Assembly: GCA_963664285.2 (NCBI GenBank)
Contig: CAXXNX010000060.1
Coordinates: 14,829 to 78,828 of the forward strand
Direction of reading: 5' to 3'
Origin: Cyclobacteriaceae bacterium
Lineage (GTDB): Bacteria; Bacteroidota; Bacteroidia; Cytophagales; Cyclobacteriaceae
Length of the DNA: 64,000 nucleotides
In this document: positions 33,070 to 44,786 of the stretch, in pieces
Numbering within the stretch: position 1 is the stretch's first letter
Layout: the number at the start of each line of letters is the position of its first letter
Position numbers and translations under genes: made by a program
Notes under the pieces: model-generated
Told to the model about the DNA's origin: nothing
Database searches by the model: none
Seen by the model: only the letters and a program-made list of their open reading frames with translations

Positions 33070-34222
33070 GGCTAGGTAGAAAAATATCATCGTCCCTTGC
33101 TGCCTGCATATTTAGCAATCCGACTCGTAATCGGTTATTGATTTTACCATTCAATCTAAAACCAGCAAAAATCCTATTCTGAACATTTGCAGTATCTATG
33201 GCAACACCTATTCGTCGAGAGAAAAAAGGCCTGGCATCTTCAGTACCAAATGAGGCAAACAAGTCGGCATTTTCCAGGAAGAACTGCCGCCGCTCCGGAA
33301 AGAATATTTCAAAACGATCTACATTGGTTACTTGGCGGTCAACTTCTACCTGTGAGAAATCCGGATTAAAAGTAAGATCTAAGTTCATAGATGGAGTTAG
33401 GGCGATTTTGACATCCCCTCCTATCTCTCTTTCAAATTGAGTAGCATCATCTTCCTCAAAATCCTTACTTGCACCACCTGCCAGGTACGGAATTACAGAA
33501 ATATTAGAACCCGGTTTTGGTAGGGGTTTATCCCAAATAAGTTCACCGGTATAGGAAAGAGAATAGAGTCTAAAATTACGAGGAACCCTATTCCAGGCCG
33601 CCCGCTCATTAGTTTTACTTATCAACCCGGTAGGCGTTGAAATACCAGCGATCTGAACCTTCGGGAAATCGGATAGTTTTAAACGGAATGGCTAGCTCCG
33701 CTGACCAGGAATTGTCATTCATGCTGGACTCACCAATCCATTTGTTATCCCAGTCTAAAGAGAGGTCTTCTGGTAAACTACCACCATTGGCTATCAATCC
33801 TTCACGCTGTACCCATATGGATTGATACCGAAAGTATAAGCATTTGTCTGGTCACGAAATGTATCGAATATAAGGTTAACACTTTCAATCCCAGGACCTC
33901 GAAAATCGCGGCGTTGTGATAACATCACAAAATCACTACCCGGATCTGTGTCGTTGCATTTTATTCCCACATAGAGGTACACTTTATTGTAAGTAAGAAG
34001 TACCTCACACTGTGAAATAGAAAGTGAAGAGTCGTAAGGAAACGTTTGAATGAAATCCCTGGCCGGTTCTACATTAACCCAGGCTTCATCATCCAGAACA
34101 CCATCAATATTAATAGTGGAATTAACTTCATTAATATGAACAGTCTTTTTTTTAATTTCTTGCGCATGGTTTACATGAAACAGCAAGTTTAAAAGCAATA
34201 TTTGTATACCAAGAAATTTCAC
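33066..34222 (-). pseudogene. CBM9-like/DUF5916 outer-membrane-associated protein: two frameshifts, C-terminus cut by IS E
   Basis: Three consecutive ORF pieces (33794-34222 with signal peptide, 33615-33797, 33050-33625) overlap by a few nt. The last piece runs into the IS end (...NPHYS-type tail). Confidence 0.6.
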
Positions 34223-34414
34223 CCCTCCCCTAATAATGACAAATTTATTTCAAAAAAACTGGGGATTAATTTCATTCAATGCTCACTATACGATAAGAGG
34301 TATCTTATCCTTATAAATATTATATATAAGTCATAGTACTTGAACTTACAATATTATATTACTGTCAGAAAACAAGGCTTGCTAAGTACTGAAAAAGAAA
34401 CAACCTTTACGAAA

Positions 34415-35710
34415 ATGAAAAATCCAAAAATCACCACGTACTGCATTCTGTTAATAGCTATTTGTACGATTGCCTGTAGTAGATCTGTCAATGAGCATCA
34501 GGAGAGCACAGTTGTCTTCAAAGGAGGGCAAATCATTGATGGTAAAGGCAATGTCATAAATAATGGAGTGTTGGTCACCAAAAACGGTAAAATTGAATCG
34601 GTAACTGATTCCAATCAATACGAAATTTCCGAAAATGCTGAAGTGATTGACATAACAGGCAAAACAATCATGCCCGGTTTGATCAATTCTCATGGTCATA
34701 TTGGCGATGTTAAGGGTCTGGAGTCAGGGAATTATTCCAGCGAAAATATTCTGGTTCAATTAAGGCTCAATGCGAGGTATGGAGTAACTACTATTCTCAG
34801 TCTCGGCGGTGATGGTAGTGAGGTGACAGATATAACTGCATCTCAGCAATCAGCCGGTCTTGACTATTCCCGGCTTTTCATCGCCGGTCAGGTTGTAACC
34901 GGAAGCACACCTGAAGAAGCGATTGCCATTGTTAATCAAAACGCTTCTCTACCAACTGATTTTATCAAGATCAGGGTGGACGATAACCTGGGGTCATCTG
35001 AAAAAATGTCTCCGGAAATATATCAGGCAGTTATAGATCGGGCACATGAACTCAATCTGCCTTTAGCCGCACATCTCTTCTATCTTAATGACGCAAAATC
35101 ATTATTAGCATCCGGAGCAGATTTTATCGCTCATAGTATCAGGGATAGATCTGTTGACAACGAAGTAATTGCTCTGTTCAAAGAAAAGAATGTCTGTTAC
35201 TGTCCCACCCTAACCAGAGAGATTTCTACTTTTATTTACGAATCGACTCCCGAATTTTTCAGTGACCCATTCTTTCTTAAGGAAGTGGACCCCAACATTA
35301 TAAACACATTAAATGACCCTGAAAGGCAGCAAAAGATAAGAGAAAGTCGAAGCGCTCAGCTCTATAAACAAGCGCTTGATACTGCTCTTTTAAACTTAAA
35401 ACTTCTGAGTGATTCAGGAGTAACAATTGCTTTCGGAACTGATTCAGGGCCTCCTGCTCGTTTTCAAGGCTACTTTGAACACCTTGAACTTGAATTGATG
35501 GTTCAAGCAGGTCTTACACCCATGCAAGCCATTGTATCAGCAACCGGTCAGGCGGCAGAGTGCTTGAAGTTAAATGACATTGGAACATTGGAAAAAGGAA
35601 AATGGGCCGATTTTATCATTCTTACTAATAGTCCGCTTGAGAATATAATCAATACACGATCTATAGAATCGGTTTGGATATCTGGTAATAAAGTCCCGGA
35701 GAAATTATAA
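34415..35710 (+). CDS. amidohydrolase-family lipoprotein
   Basis: The likely start 'MKNPKITTYCILLIAICTIACS' is a lipobox-like leader. It has the 'MPGLINSHGHI' metal motif and the ORF is intact. Confidence 0.8.
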   Translation: MKNPKITTYCILLIAICTIACSRSVNEHQESTVVFKGGQIIDGKGNVINNGVLVTKNGKIESVTDSNQYEISENAEVIDITGKTIMPGLINSHGHIGDVKGLESGNYSSENILVQLRLNARYGVTTILSLGGDGSEVTDITASQQSAGLDYSRLFIAGQVVTGSTPEEAIAIVNQNASLPTDFIKIRVDDNLGSSEKMSPEIYQAVIDRAHELNLPLAAHLFYLNDAKSLLASGADFIAHSIRDRSVDNEVIALFKEKNVCYCPTLTREISTFIYESTPEFFSDPFFLKEVDPNIINTLNDPERQQKIRESRSAQLYKQALDTALLNLKLLSDSGVTIAFGTDSGPPARFQGYFEHLELELMVQAGLTPMQAIVSATGQAAECLKLNDIGTLEKGKWADFIILTNSPLENIINTRSIESVWISGNKVPEKL

Positions 35711-35809
35711 ACATTCACCTACCAGCTATCGGGATACCATTTTTGGCGACAATTCACCTTGTCGGTCGTTGAATGAAATTGTTCTGATTAATAGGTACCT
35801 ACTTACCGT

Positions 35810-36067
35810 CTACAAAAGTTCCATCTTCTTTAGATGATCAACCCAGGGCTTATATCCATTTCTATTCAGATGCAGACCATCATCGGTCGGCTCTTCTCTA
35901 AGTCGCTGACGTGAGTCAAGAAAGAGTGGGAAGAAATTGATGAAACGTACCCCGCTGTCCGATGCTATTATGAATAAAAGCTGGTTAGTCATTAGAACGT
36001 GATATTGTTTATCGTAGCGCTGTGGAAATCCTGGATACTCCGGGTTAACAGGGAGACTAATAATCAA
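35810..36067 (-). pseudogene. SGNH/GDSL hydrolase, C-terminal fragment
   Basis: 85 aa ending in the catalytic 'DDGLHLN' block. The N-terminal GDS block is absent and the upstream gene abuts directly. Confidence 0.5.
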
Positions 36068-38133
36068 GTACTTCCTTAATGGCGATCACAACTTTGTCAA
36101 CAGAGGGTATCATTGTTTTTTCCAATGCGGAATTCAAAGGAATAGCAGGCATGTTTTCTGAACCCATCATTTTAACCGGTGCATCAAGGTGTTCAAAACA
36201 ATTTTCCTGTATTCTGGCGGCGATACTTTGAGCGAATGAGTTATCTACGGGCTCTTCTGTAATCACCAGACATCTCCCATGCTTCCTGACAGCATCGAAA
36301 ATCAGGTTCGTATCAAGGGGAAAAAGTGTTCTGAGATCAATTATCTCAACGCGACCTTTGAATTTTTTCGAGGCATTCAGCGCCCAGTGAACACCCATAC
36401 CATAGGTGATGACAGCCAATGTACTTTCTGACGGTGTCGTTGATTCTAAAACAATACTTCCTTTGCCAAATGGTATGACATAGTCACTGGATGGCTCTAT
36501 ACATTTAGCAGCCTCTGTTCCCTTCACTTTGGACCAGTAAAGTCCTTTGTGTTCAAACATCACTACAGGATTGGGATCAAGGAAGGCTGACTTCATCAGA
36601 CCCTTCATGTCAGCGGCGTTACTGGGATAAGCTACTTTGATTCCCTTAATATTACAGACCACCGATTCGACACTAGTACTATGGTAAGGCCCCCCGCTAC
36701 CGTATGCACCTATAGGAACTCTTATTATAGTGGTCACTGGCCATTTTCCATTGGATAAGTAATAGGAGCGACTGACTTCTGAGAACAATTGATTCAAACC
36801 GGGCCATATGTAATCAGCAAATTGTACTTCAACGATGGGCTTAAGACCAACAGCTGACATTCCTACAGTACTGCCAATAATAAAAGCCTCCTGGATGGGT
36901 GTATTAAATACCCTATTTTTCCCAAATTTCTCAGCTAAAGTCGCTGCTTCTCTAAAAACACCTCCCAATCTTAATCCAACATCCTGGCCATACAATAGAC
37001 ATTCAGGATATTCTTCCATTAGTTCTTCCACCGCATGCAAGGCAGCGTCTACCATCATAGTGGTTTCGCCATTTTCCGGTTTACGCACACCCTTTTCCTC
37101 CGTTACGTTTGTCGGAGCAAAATCATATGTAAACAAATCTTCTGGCTTAGGGTCGGCTGCCATCGTGGCACGTTCAAAATCTTGGTCAACCACTTTATGT
37201 GCGTCACTTTGAATTTTATTCAGTTTCTTGACCAAAATACCTTCCTCGACCAATTGATCTTTAAAAAAGGGAAAAGGATCATACTCTTTATGGTAATCAA
37301 GATCATCTCGATACCACTCTTTCCTTACCCCTGAAGTATGATGACTCAGCAATGGCACTTTGGCATGTATCAACGCTGGTTTCCTGGTATTTCTTACCGT
37401 TTCAATAACTTCCGTCACTATAGGATAGCACTTGAAAAAGTTAGTACCATTTAATTTATAAACCTCTATACCGGGAAATCCCTTCACATATTCTGATGAG
37501 TCCATAGCCCGGATCTCACTAGCATGCGCTGAAATATCCCACTCATTATCCTGCGCCAGGTATACTATAGGTAACTGTCTCAAAGCAGCCATTTGAAAAG
37601 CTTCTGCAACCTCTCCTTCTGTAACGGATGCATCACCCCAGAGAGAAAACCACTACTGGCGCTTCTCCGGTTGTCTTATACTTATTCAGTCCCTGCTGTT
37701 CGCGATATTGAATGCCGAGGGCAATACCAGTAGTTGGAGTGGCTTGCATTCCAGTTGCAGAGGATTGATGTGGTATTTTGGGCTTATCAGGATCTCTTAG
37801 GCTGGGGTGTGAATAGTATGATCGCCCTCCTGAAAAAGGGTCGTCTCGCTTGGCCATCAGTTGAAGCATTAGATCATAGGGCGTGCATCCGATGCCTAAC
37901 AAAATAGCGTCATCCCGGTAATAGGGAGCTATAAAATCCTGGAGTTTTAGCTGCAATCCTACCGCGAGCTGAATGGCCTCATGCCCCCTGGAGGTGGCAT
38001 GGACATATTTGGAGGTTAATTTTGCATTAGCCTCATATTTTTCAGACATGGCCTTAGCTGTGGCCATGAGTTCAAAGGCTTTCAGCAAAACATCCTCAGT
38101 TATCGCTAACTGATCCAATACTGTTTTACTCAT
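36057..38133 (-). pseudogene. fused alpha/beta E1 component of a 2-oxoacid dehydrogenase, frameshifted
   Basis: ORFs 37633-38133 (E1-alpha part) and 36057-37592 (rest plus the transketolase-like beta part). '...VVFSLG' joins 'DASVTEGEVAEAFQMAAL' if one G is removed from the GGGG run near 37640. Confidence 0.75.
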
Positions 38134-38235
38134 TCTTGGGTCTTAATACAAATATAAGGCTATTCAACGCTTAGCCTCGAAATTACAGGACCATCATATT
38201 GTTCTATGAAGGGGTATGGCCCCAAGTCAAAGAAG

Positions 38236-38295
38236 GTCACATTGAACCGGTCGAAATGTAAGCTAAGGAGCAATAAATGAGGTTTCGACAGGCTC
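38236..38295. repeat. REP-like palindromic element
   Basis: GTCACATTGAACCGGTCGAAA (38236-38256) faces GGTTTCGACAGGCTC (38281-38295). The latter is identical to 6535-6549. Confidence 0.55.
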
Positions 38296-38338
38296 CTGAT
38301 AACAATTGAACTTTTGAAACAGCTTCTCTAAAATTTTT

Positions 38339-39730
38339 TTAACCGCCTCCGGCAAATATTCCAAAGATACCGAGCATATTCAAAAGTACGGCCAGGATAA
38401 CCAATGGGCATATGAATCGGATAAAGAATATAAATACCTTGGATGGCGTGCCACCCGGAGTAAATAATTCCGACCCCTCTCCAAGTTCAGTGACAATCTT
38501 ATCAATAGGCATAACCCATCCCACATAGACGCAGGTTGCCAAGGCTACAACAACAATAAAGAATGTTCCCCAGAAATAGTCTAATAATGCTTGATAACCT
38601 ACAATAGGTGCATCCAACCAGGGCAAACTGACACTCATCTCGGTAAAAAATGAATTGGCTCCCCATGATAAGGATGAGGGGACACCAAACAAAAAGACCA
38701 AACCTCCAACTACCCAAGCTGATTTCTTACGTGACCACTTCTTCTCATCAATAAAATAGGATGAAGGAACTTCAAGCATAGAAATTGATGAAGTGAGTGC
38801 GGCCACCATCAATAACAAGAAGAAAAAGGCACCGATGATTGAGCCACCAGGCATAGAATTAAAGATTTCAGGAAGTACAACAAATACTAGAGCTTGTCCC
38901 TCCGCAGGGTCTTTGCCAAAAGCGAAAACTGCTGGAAAGATCATAAAGCCAGCCAACAGTGCGACACTTGCGTCCATAAACCCTACCCAGACAGCACTAC
39001 TGACAATGTTCGCATCTTTAGGTAAATAAGAGCCATAGGTTATCATGATGCCCCAGCCTATACTCATAGAGAAAAAAGCCTGACCAAGTGCCACTAAAAA
39101 TGTATTTCCAGTTACTTTGCTGAAATCAGGATTTAGATAAAAGTCAAGACCAGCCATAGCACCATCAAGCATTAATGCTCTGATCGCGACGATCAGAATT
39201 AGCACAAACAGCAGGGGCATAAGGATTTTTGCAGCTTTCTCAATGCCGCCGGAAACTCCCAATTGAACTATGAAGATGGTAATTAGAACAAAAAGAGCCA
39301 TTAGCGGTATTGTATATCCAGCATTGGCTGCAAAATCAGCAAAGCTTCCCGTTGACCCAGTTATTGATTTAAAAATGAAAGCAATGGTCCAACCAGCGAT
39401 ATTGGCATAGTAAGCAAGAACAAAGAAACTTACTCCTATGGCCATTACAGCACCTATACCTACCCAGAATGGAGATGCGCCGGTGCCTTTGAACGCTCCA
39501 ATAGGACTCTTACTGCTTAACCTGCCTAGTCCGATCTCAGTGAAAAGGAGTGGTACTCCTATGAGGATCACACACATGACATAAATCAACACAAATGCTC
39601 CTCCACCGTTTTCACCTGTGATATAAGGGAATCTCCAAATATTACCCAAGCCAACTGCAGAACCTGCGGTGGCCATAATAAAACCAAACTTACTACTCCA
39701 TTTTTCTCTAGATGCGTCCATTGTTTCCAT
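38339..39730 (-). CDS. neurotransmitter:sodium symporter (NSS/SNF) family transporter
   Basis: 'GFIMATAGSAVGLGNIWRFPY' signature with ~12 TM helices. The likely start is METMD at 39730. Confidence 0.85.
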   Translation of the reverse strand: METMDASREKWSSKFGFIMATAGSAVGLGNIWRFPYITGENGGGAFVLIYVMCVILIGVPLLFTEIGLGRLSSKSPIGAFKGTGASPFWVGIGAVMAIGVSFFVLAYYANIAGWTIAFIFKSITGSTGSFADFAANAGYTIPLMALFVLITIFIVQLGVSGGIEKAAKILMPLLFVLILIVAIRALMLDGAMAGLDFYLNPDFSKVTGNTFLVALGQAFFSMSIGWGIMITYGSYLPKDANIVSSAVWVGFMDASVALLAGFMIFPAVFAFGKDPAEGQALVFVVLPEIFNSMPGGSIIGAFFFLLLMVAALTSSISMLEVPSSYFIDEKKWSRKKSAWVVGGLVFLFGVPSSLSWGANSFFTEMSVSLPWLDAPIVGYQALLDYFWGTFFIVVVALATCVYVGWVMPIDKIVTELGEGSELFTPGGTPSKVFIFFIRFICPLVILAVLLNMLGIFGIFAGGG

Positions 39731-39946
39731 ATAAATTCTTTTAAAGCGGCTAAAATAAAACATTCCTACTGTTAGGCAGTAGTTTTAATATTTCCCATGA
39801 TTTTTAATAGATTTAATGTTAGGAAATCGAGATAGTATGTGCACATTACGTTTAGATGAATATTTTCTGATCGAAATTCCCTGTCTGCAGACAGGCAAGC
39901 AACTCTGCGATGAAATCAATTGTTTACATGAAACCAAGCGCGCTAC

Positions 39947-40675
39947 ATGAAAATACTGACGCTAATATTATTATTCACAGTTTTATTTAGCGCAACGCAC
40001 GCTGATAACTATGTATATAAAGTTATTCTTGTAAGAGCTGCACCCGATAAATTACAGGAGTTAATCGAGCTGCTCAAGCAAGATATGGTTAACTACCAAA
40101 AATTCGGAATGGAAAAACCCTATATGATGCGACACAGCCAGGGAGATCAATGGGATCTTTTCATTATCTGGCCGATCGAATCAATGGGTAAGTATTTTAA
40201 CGAAACTAACATGCTTAAACGAGCTGAATCCGTATTACTGGATAAGCCCTATGACAATATAATTTGGGATTATATCGCACACCACGAAGAACTTTTTGTT
40301 GAAGGACCTAAGCTGACAGAATTCAAAAATATGTTTGATAGTTATGACTATTATCATGTGGAAATGTTCATAGCGCTCGCCAATAAAAGACGTGAACTAC
40401 TCAATGAGCGGGTAATGGAAAACGACTATCTAATAGCAATTGGCAGAAGGCCAAATCTGATCTTCAATAAGGTCGCTGGGAGCAGATGGGATAATTTTTC
40501 CATTGGTTTTTATGAAGATATTAAAGATTATGCGGCCAGCGCAGATATTGATCCAATGCTCAAAGAGAAAGCAGCACGGGAAGCAGGGTTTAAAGGAGCA
40601 GATTTTATTGGTAGTTACTTAAGACGCTTCATCAATGAGCATCACGATACACTGGCTGGTGCTATAAAAAATTAA
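39947..40675 (+). CDS. hypothetical secreted protein
   Basis: 242 aa with a signal peptide. I recognise no family. Confidence 0.5.
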   Translation: MKILTLILLFTVLFSATHADNYVYKVILVRAAPDKLQELIELLKQDMVNYQKFGMEKPYMMRHSQGDQWDLFIIWPIESMGKYFNETNMLKRAESVLLDKPYDNIIWDYIAHHEELFVEGPKLTEFKNMFDSYDYYHVEMFIALANKRRELLNERVMENDYLIAIGRRPNLIFNKVAGSRWDNFSIGFYEDIKDYAASADIDPMLKEKAAREAGFKGADFIGSYLRRFINEHHDTLAGAIKN

Positions 40676-40686
40676 ATTATAAACCA

Positions 40687-41283
40687 CTATTTGTCATACC
40701 CTTCATAATTCTTCACACACCGTACACTATTTCTATTTTTGTTGCTAACAGCCGAATGAGTGATATCATCCAATTGGTAGTGAATGCTAATTACGCCACC
40801 ACTAGTTTCCGATACATGGTGACTTTCAGAATCCCAGAAATTAGCCAAATGACCGGCGCTGTAAAACCGATTGTTAGTATCACCCATGCCTCCAAACTCA
40901 GCATTAAAATTGCTCATACCCTCGGGACGTAATTCTTTCCCGGCTTTTTTGATACCGCCAAACATGTTAAAAAGGGAAGCCCATTCATCAAAATTGGGCA
41001 CATGCCACCCTGTTGGACAGGATTCATGGGCGTCATGCCAATCATAAAGACGACCCAAACCTTCACAATAGGCGTCTTCAAATTTGTAACATTCGGAATG
41101 TGGAGATTTATATCTCAAATTTTGTGCTAGCCATACCCTGTCAACCGTATCGCTTACCAGTTTGGTTCGTATAGTGACTATTCTGCAAACCGTGCCATCT
41201 CTCGGGTCTGTGAAAGATCCTGCTTCCTGTGAATTAGCTTGAATTGTGTTTAATACAATAAGAATGAATAATAAAGCCCGCAT
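40687..41283 (-). CDS. Fibrobacter succinogenes major paralogous domain (FISUMP) protein
   Basis: It has a signal peptide and the pattern 'DPRDG..Y..V.I......WLAQNL...GRLYDW..A...CPTGWHVP...EW'. Confidence 0.7.
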   Translation of the reverse strand: MRALLFILIVLNTIQANSQEAGSFTDPRDGTVCRIVTIRTKLVSDTVDRVWLAQNLRYKSPHSECYKFEDAYCEGLGRLYDWHDAHESCPTGWHVPNFDEWASLFNMFGGIKKAGKELRPEGMSNFNAEFGGMGDTNNRFYSAGHLANFWDSESHHVSETSGGVISIHYQLDDITHSAVSNKNRNSVRCVKNYEGYDK

Positions 41284-41436
41284 TTTATTTCAGTTAAAGA
41301 CGTAAGATTAACGCATTCCCCGTTTTTACTATTAAAGGGTTATTCTACAGTATTTTCAAATGCAATAATATCCTATGATCATCTTAATACGCCTTAACAA
41401 TTGAGCAAATGAACTAAAAATGTGTATATTGATGTT

Positions 41437-41452
41437 GTTACATATATGTAAC
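41437..41452. promoter_or_regulatory. 16-bp perfect palindrome upstream of the DoxX gene (candidate operator)
   Basis: GTTACATATATGTAAC lies 30 bp before the ATG at 41482. Confidence 0.3.
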
Positions 41453-41481
41453 CCACTGTTCAACCTAAAAATCCATAAAAA

Positions 41482-41841
41482 ATGAACAAACTACCTCTAA
41501 GTCTTATTGGCCGTATTATGTTTGCTATTCCCATGCTTGTTTTTGGCATATTCCACTTTGGTAATGCTGATGCTATGGCTGGCATGGTTCCAATTCCAGG
41601 CGGCGTTATTTGGATATATCTGACTGGAACTGCTTTAATAGCAGCCGCTGTGTCAATGTTTATCAACAAAAAGATGAAATTGGCAACTTTTCTATTAGGA
41701 ATTATGCTGTTGATCTTTGTTTTATCAATGCATTTGCCCGGAGTGATAGGCGGAAATGAATCCTCAATGCCTATGTTATTGAAAGACTTTGCATTGGCAG
41801 GCGGTGCATTTGTTATTTCAGGAAACTCAAGTGATGAGTAA
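41482..41841 (+). CDS. DoxX-family membrane protein
   Basis: 119 aa with four hydrophobic helices and a DoxX-like N-terminus ('RIMFAIPMLVFGIFHF'). Confidence 0.6.
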   Translation: MNKLPLSLIGRIMFAIPMLVFGIFHFGNADAMAGMVPIPGGVIWIYLTGTALIAAAVSMFINKKMKLATFLLGIMLLIFVLSMHLPGVIGGNESSMPMLLKDFALAGGAFVISGNSSDE

Positions 41842-41902
41842 AAAACCACCTTCTAAGAATGTGGCTTTGACTTGCCCCCAAAGGGGGCTTTAAAAATCAA
41901 AC

Positions 41903-42331
41903 TTATGTTGTTGCTCCTCTGCTTGTTTTTCCCTGTTTCTCCTGATACTTCATGTATCTTTTTATTGTCTCTTCATCTATTCCAACTGTGCTAGCAATGT
42001 ATCCTCTTGCCCAAAAGTGATTTCCCCAGGAGGGCTTTTGCTTCAGTTTTGGATAACTCTTAAACATCTTGATCGCCAACTTACCTTTCAATACACCCAT
42101 CAAGGTCGAGACAGACACCTTTGGAGGAATCGACACCACAAGATGAATGTGATTGGTTTGTACATTCATCTCTTCAATAACACAACCCTTCCATTCACAC
42201 AACATTCTTATATCTTCTTCGATCAGCGTCTTGATCTGACCTGTCAAAATCCTAAACCGATATTTAGGCGCCCACACAATGTGGTAATCGCATTTGTATA
42301 CTACATGCGACAGCTTCTTATATTTACTCAT
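41903..42331 (-). CDS. tnpA: IS200/IS605-family Y1 transposase TnpA (intact)
   Basis: 142 aa with a 'HIHLVV' HUH motif and 'GYIASTVG' tyrosine region. Flanking hairpins are GCCCCCAAAGGGGGC (41874-41888) and CCACCGTCAAAGACGGTGG (42366-42384). No tnpB is present. Confidence 0.85.
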   Translation of the reverse strand: MSKYKKLSHVVYKCDYHIVWAPKYRFRILTGQIKTLIEEDIRMLCEWKGCVIEEMNVQTNHIHLVVSIPPKVSVSTLMGVLKGKLAIKMFKSYPKLKQKPSWGNHFWARGYIASTVGIDEETIKRYMKYQEKQGKTSRGATT

Positions 42332-42550
42332 GCCGCAAAGTTACGGCACAGCCTTAACAACATGACCACCGTCAAAGACGGTGGGTTTTTAAGTTAAACT
42401 AAAAATCGAGATCATAAAATGTAAAATAGAGGCTACGTTACCGTAGCCTTTTTTTATTTCCTCTGGATGACTGAAACTCATAGGGACCTTAAAACCAGCT
42501 TGGTACAACAACAAAGTAAAGCCTGACATCTTCAACATTAAGTTTGTCCC

Positions 42551-43612
42551 TTATTCGAAAAGACTATAACTACCACCCCGCCTGAACCTCGTCAGGTCCA
42601 GGTCAGGCAGACTCTTCCCTTTCATAAATCTTTTTTTAGATATCTCCATCATTTGTCTAATTGATTCCGCCAGATTACCATCGCCTCTCAATCTTCGTCC
42701 CCATTCCGTGTCATTTCACTTTTCCACCATGCAGCGTTGTTACCAGGTTCCAAACTTTATTGGCCCTGTCGGGAAAGTTCTTAAAAAGCCAATCTCGGAA
42801 TAGAGTACTCACTGAACCGTTTAATCTTACCACATTGTATCCGGCACTAACTGCGCCATTATCTGCTGCTTTTCTAACGATATCTGATATTTCGTGATTG
42901 TTGAGACCGGGGATAATTGGAGCAACCATCACGCCTACCGGAATTCCGGCTTCCGATAACTTTTTGATCGTTTCCATTCTTTTGGATGCCGTCGCCGTTC
43001 GTGGTTCCATAATGGATCTCAGCTTTTCTTCAAAAGTTGTTACAGATATGTGAACGGTAATCAAATTTAACTTTGCTAATTCTGAGAGAATATCGATATC
43101 ACGGGTGATCAGACTGTTTTTTGTGATCATCCCCACTGGGTTCCGGTAATTTCAGGAGGATCTCCAGTATTCCCCTGGTTAATCGATATTTCTTCTCCAA
43201 AGGCTGATAACAATCCGTGTTGCCAGAGAGCGTGATCACAGCCGGCTTCCAATAACTGGACAGGAGCTTTTTCTCCAGTAATTGAGGCGCTTTCGGTTTC
43301 ACAACAATCTTGGTTTCAAAATCGAGGCCAGCGCTGAATCCCCAATACTGGTGTGCATTTCTGGCGTAGCAGTAGATACATCCATGCTCGTAACCTTGGT
43401 AAGGGTTAATGGAATTGACCCAACCTAAATCCGGACTATCATTCCTACTGATAATATTTTTAGGATTTTCGAAAAATAATTCGGTAGATGGCTTTTTTTC
43501 AATGAACGCCTCATCCAGGCCTTCAATATGCTCAAATACATATTCTTTCGCCGAAAATGGGTTTTTAGTGTTTATCTGCGCTCCCTTGGCCCTTTATATA
43601 GCCTCGCTCCAT
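42551..43612 (-). pseudogene. PA0069-type radical SAM protein, multiply frameshifted with a damaged Cys motif
   Basis: The pieces 'MERGYIKG', 'AKGAQINTKNPF...NPYQGYEHGCIYCYAR...', 'MITKNSLITRD...HGGKV' and 'NDTEWGRRLRGDG...SLFE*' lie in alternating frames. The CxxxCxxC motif reads YEHGCIYC. Confidence 0.7.
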
Positions 43613-43780
43613 TCAGCTAATATAAATAGTATTACTAATATATTTAGTATAATTGAAACAAAAAACAGCCGGCTTGGGGAACCGGCTGATATTAGTGGTA
43701 GGAATGAATTTGGGTTAGCGTATTTTAAAAATACACTATTGTAAATATAGACCTTTAGGTGACTATTACAAATATGCACC

Positions 43781-43966
43781 TCACTCCTCTCGTAGTCCAT
43801 TCACAGGATTTGAAGTAGCTGCTTTTATGGTTTGCGTACTTATGGTGGAAACAGCAATTAAGACCGAAATCACTCCGGCAGCCAGAAAGGGAACTATACC
43901 CAAATCAATCCTGTAGGAATATCCCTCTAACCAGTCAGAACAGGAAGAAGGAAAAGTTAATCTCAA
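43781..43966 (-). pseudogene. FtsX-like ABC permease, C-terminal remnant
   Basis: 'WLEGYSYRIDLGIVPFLAAGVISVLIAVSTISTQTIKAATSNPVNGLREE*' is the typical last TM and tail of MacB/FtsX-like permeases. Nothing lies upstream. Confidence 0.55.
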
Positions 43967-44762
43967 TGATAAAGTAAGGGATGTCGTAACTGAAATCGAA
44001 TTTGAAAATCAATGGGAAGATACTGACCCTGTCCGTGTAGCCCATTTACTGGAACACACCACCGGCTGGGATGACATTCATCTGGTTGAGTATGCACATA
44101 GTAATCCGGATTCGGTCACGGTTAAAGAAGGGCTCGACTTTCATCCACACTCTCGTAAATCAGGGTGGGTTCCCGGCACCCGCATGAGTTATTGTAATGC
44201 CGGTCCACCGGTTGCTGCATACATCGTCAAGAAACTAACCGGTCAAAGCTATGAATACTCTGTGGAAGAAAACTTCTTTCAGCCCATGGGTATGGAGACC
44301 ATGACTTATTTTTTTGTCCGAAGATTATAAGAAATATGGCGCAGTCCTTTACCAGGAAGGAGAGCCCCAGGATTATTGGCACATATTAATTCGCCCTTCG
44401 GGTTCCATTAATGCCTCACCCAGGGATATGGCAAAATTGGTGAAATTTTACCTTGATCGAGCTCTGATAGACAGTGTTCAAGTGATCAGTGAGGGCTTCC
44501 CTTAAAAGAATGGAGACTCCGGCTACAACCACAGGAGCTGCCCCTGGATTGGAAGCTGGTTACGGTCTAAGTAATTATTCCTCATCACACAAAGAATTTG
44601 TTTTTCGATCACACAATGGTGGGGTGAATGGAGGTATTACAGAACTGGCCTACCTTCCTGAATTCGGTTATCGGTCATGCCTTTATGATTAATGCCGGCA
44701 ATGGGGATGCTTTCAATCGCATATCCATACTTATCAGGAATTTTGGGCTAAGTTCTAAATAA
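43917..44762 (+). pseudogene. beta-lactamase-related serine hydrolase, N-terminally truncated with at least 3 frameshifts
   Basis: 'VAHLLEHTTGWDD...PGTRMSYCNAGPPVAAYIVKKLTGQSY...FQPMGM' is followed by pieces at 44314, 44489 and ~44680 in other frames. The first shift is at a T7 run (44309-44315). Confidence 0.6.
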
Positions 44763-44786
44763 CACAGCAATTATTATCTTCGCTAT

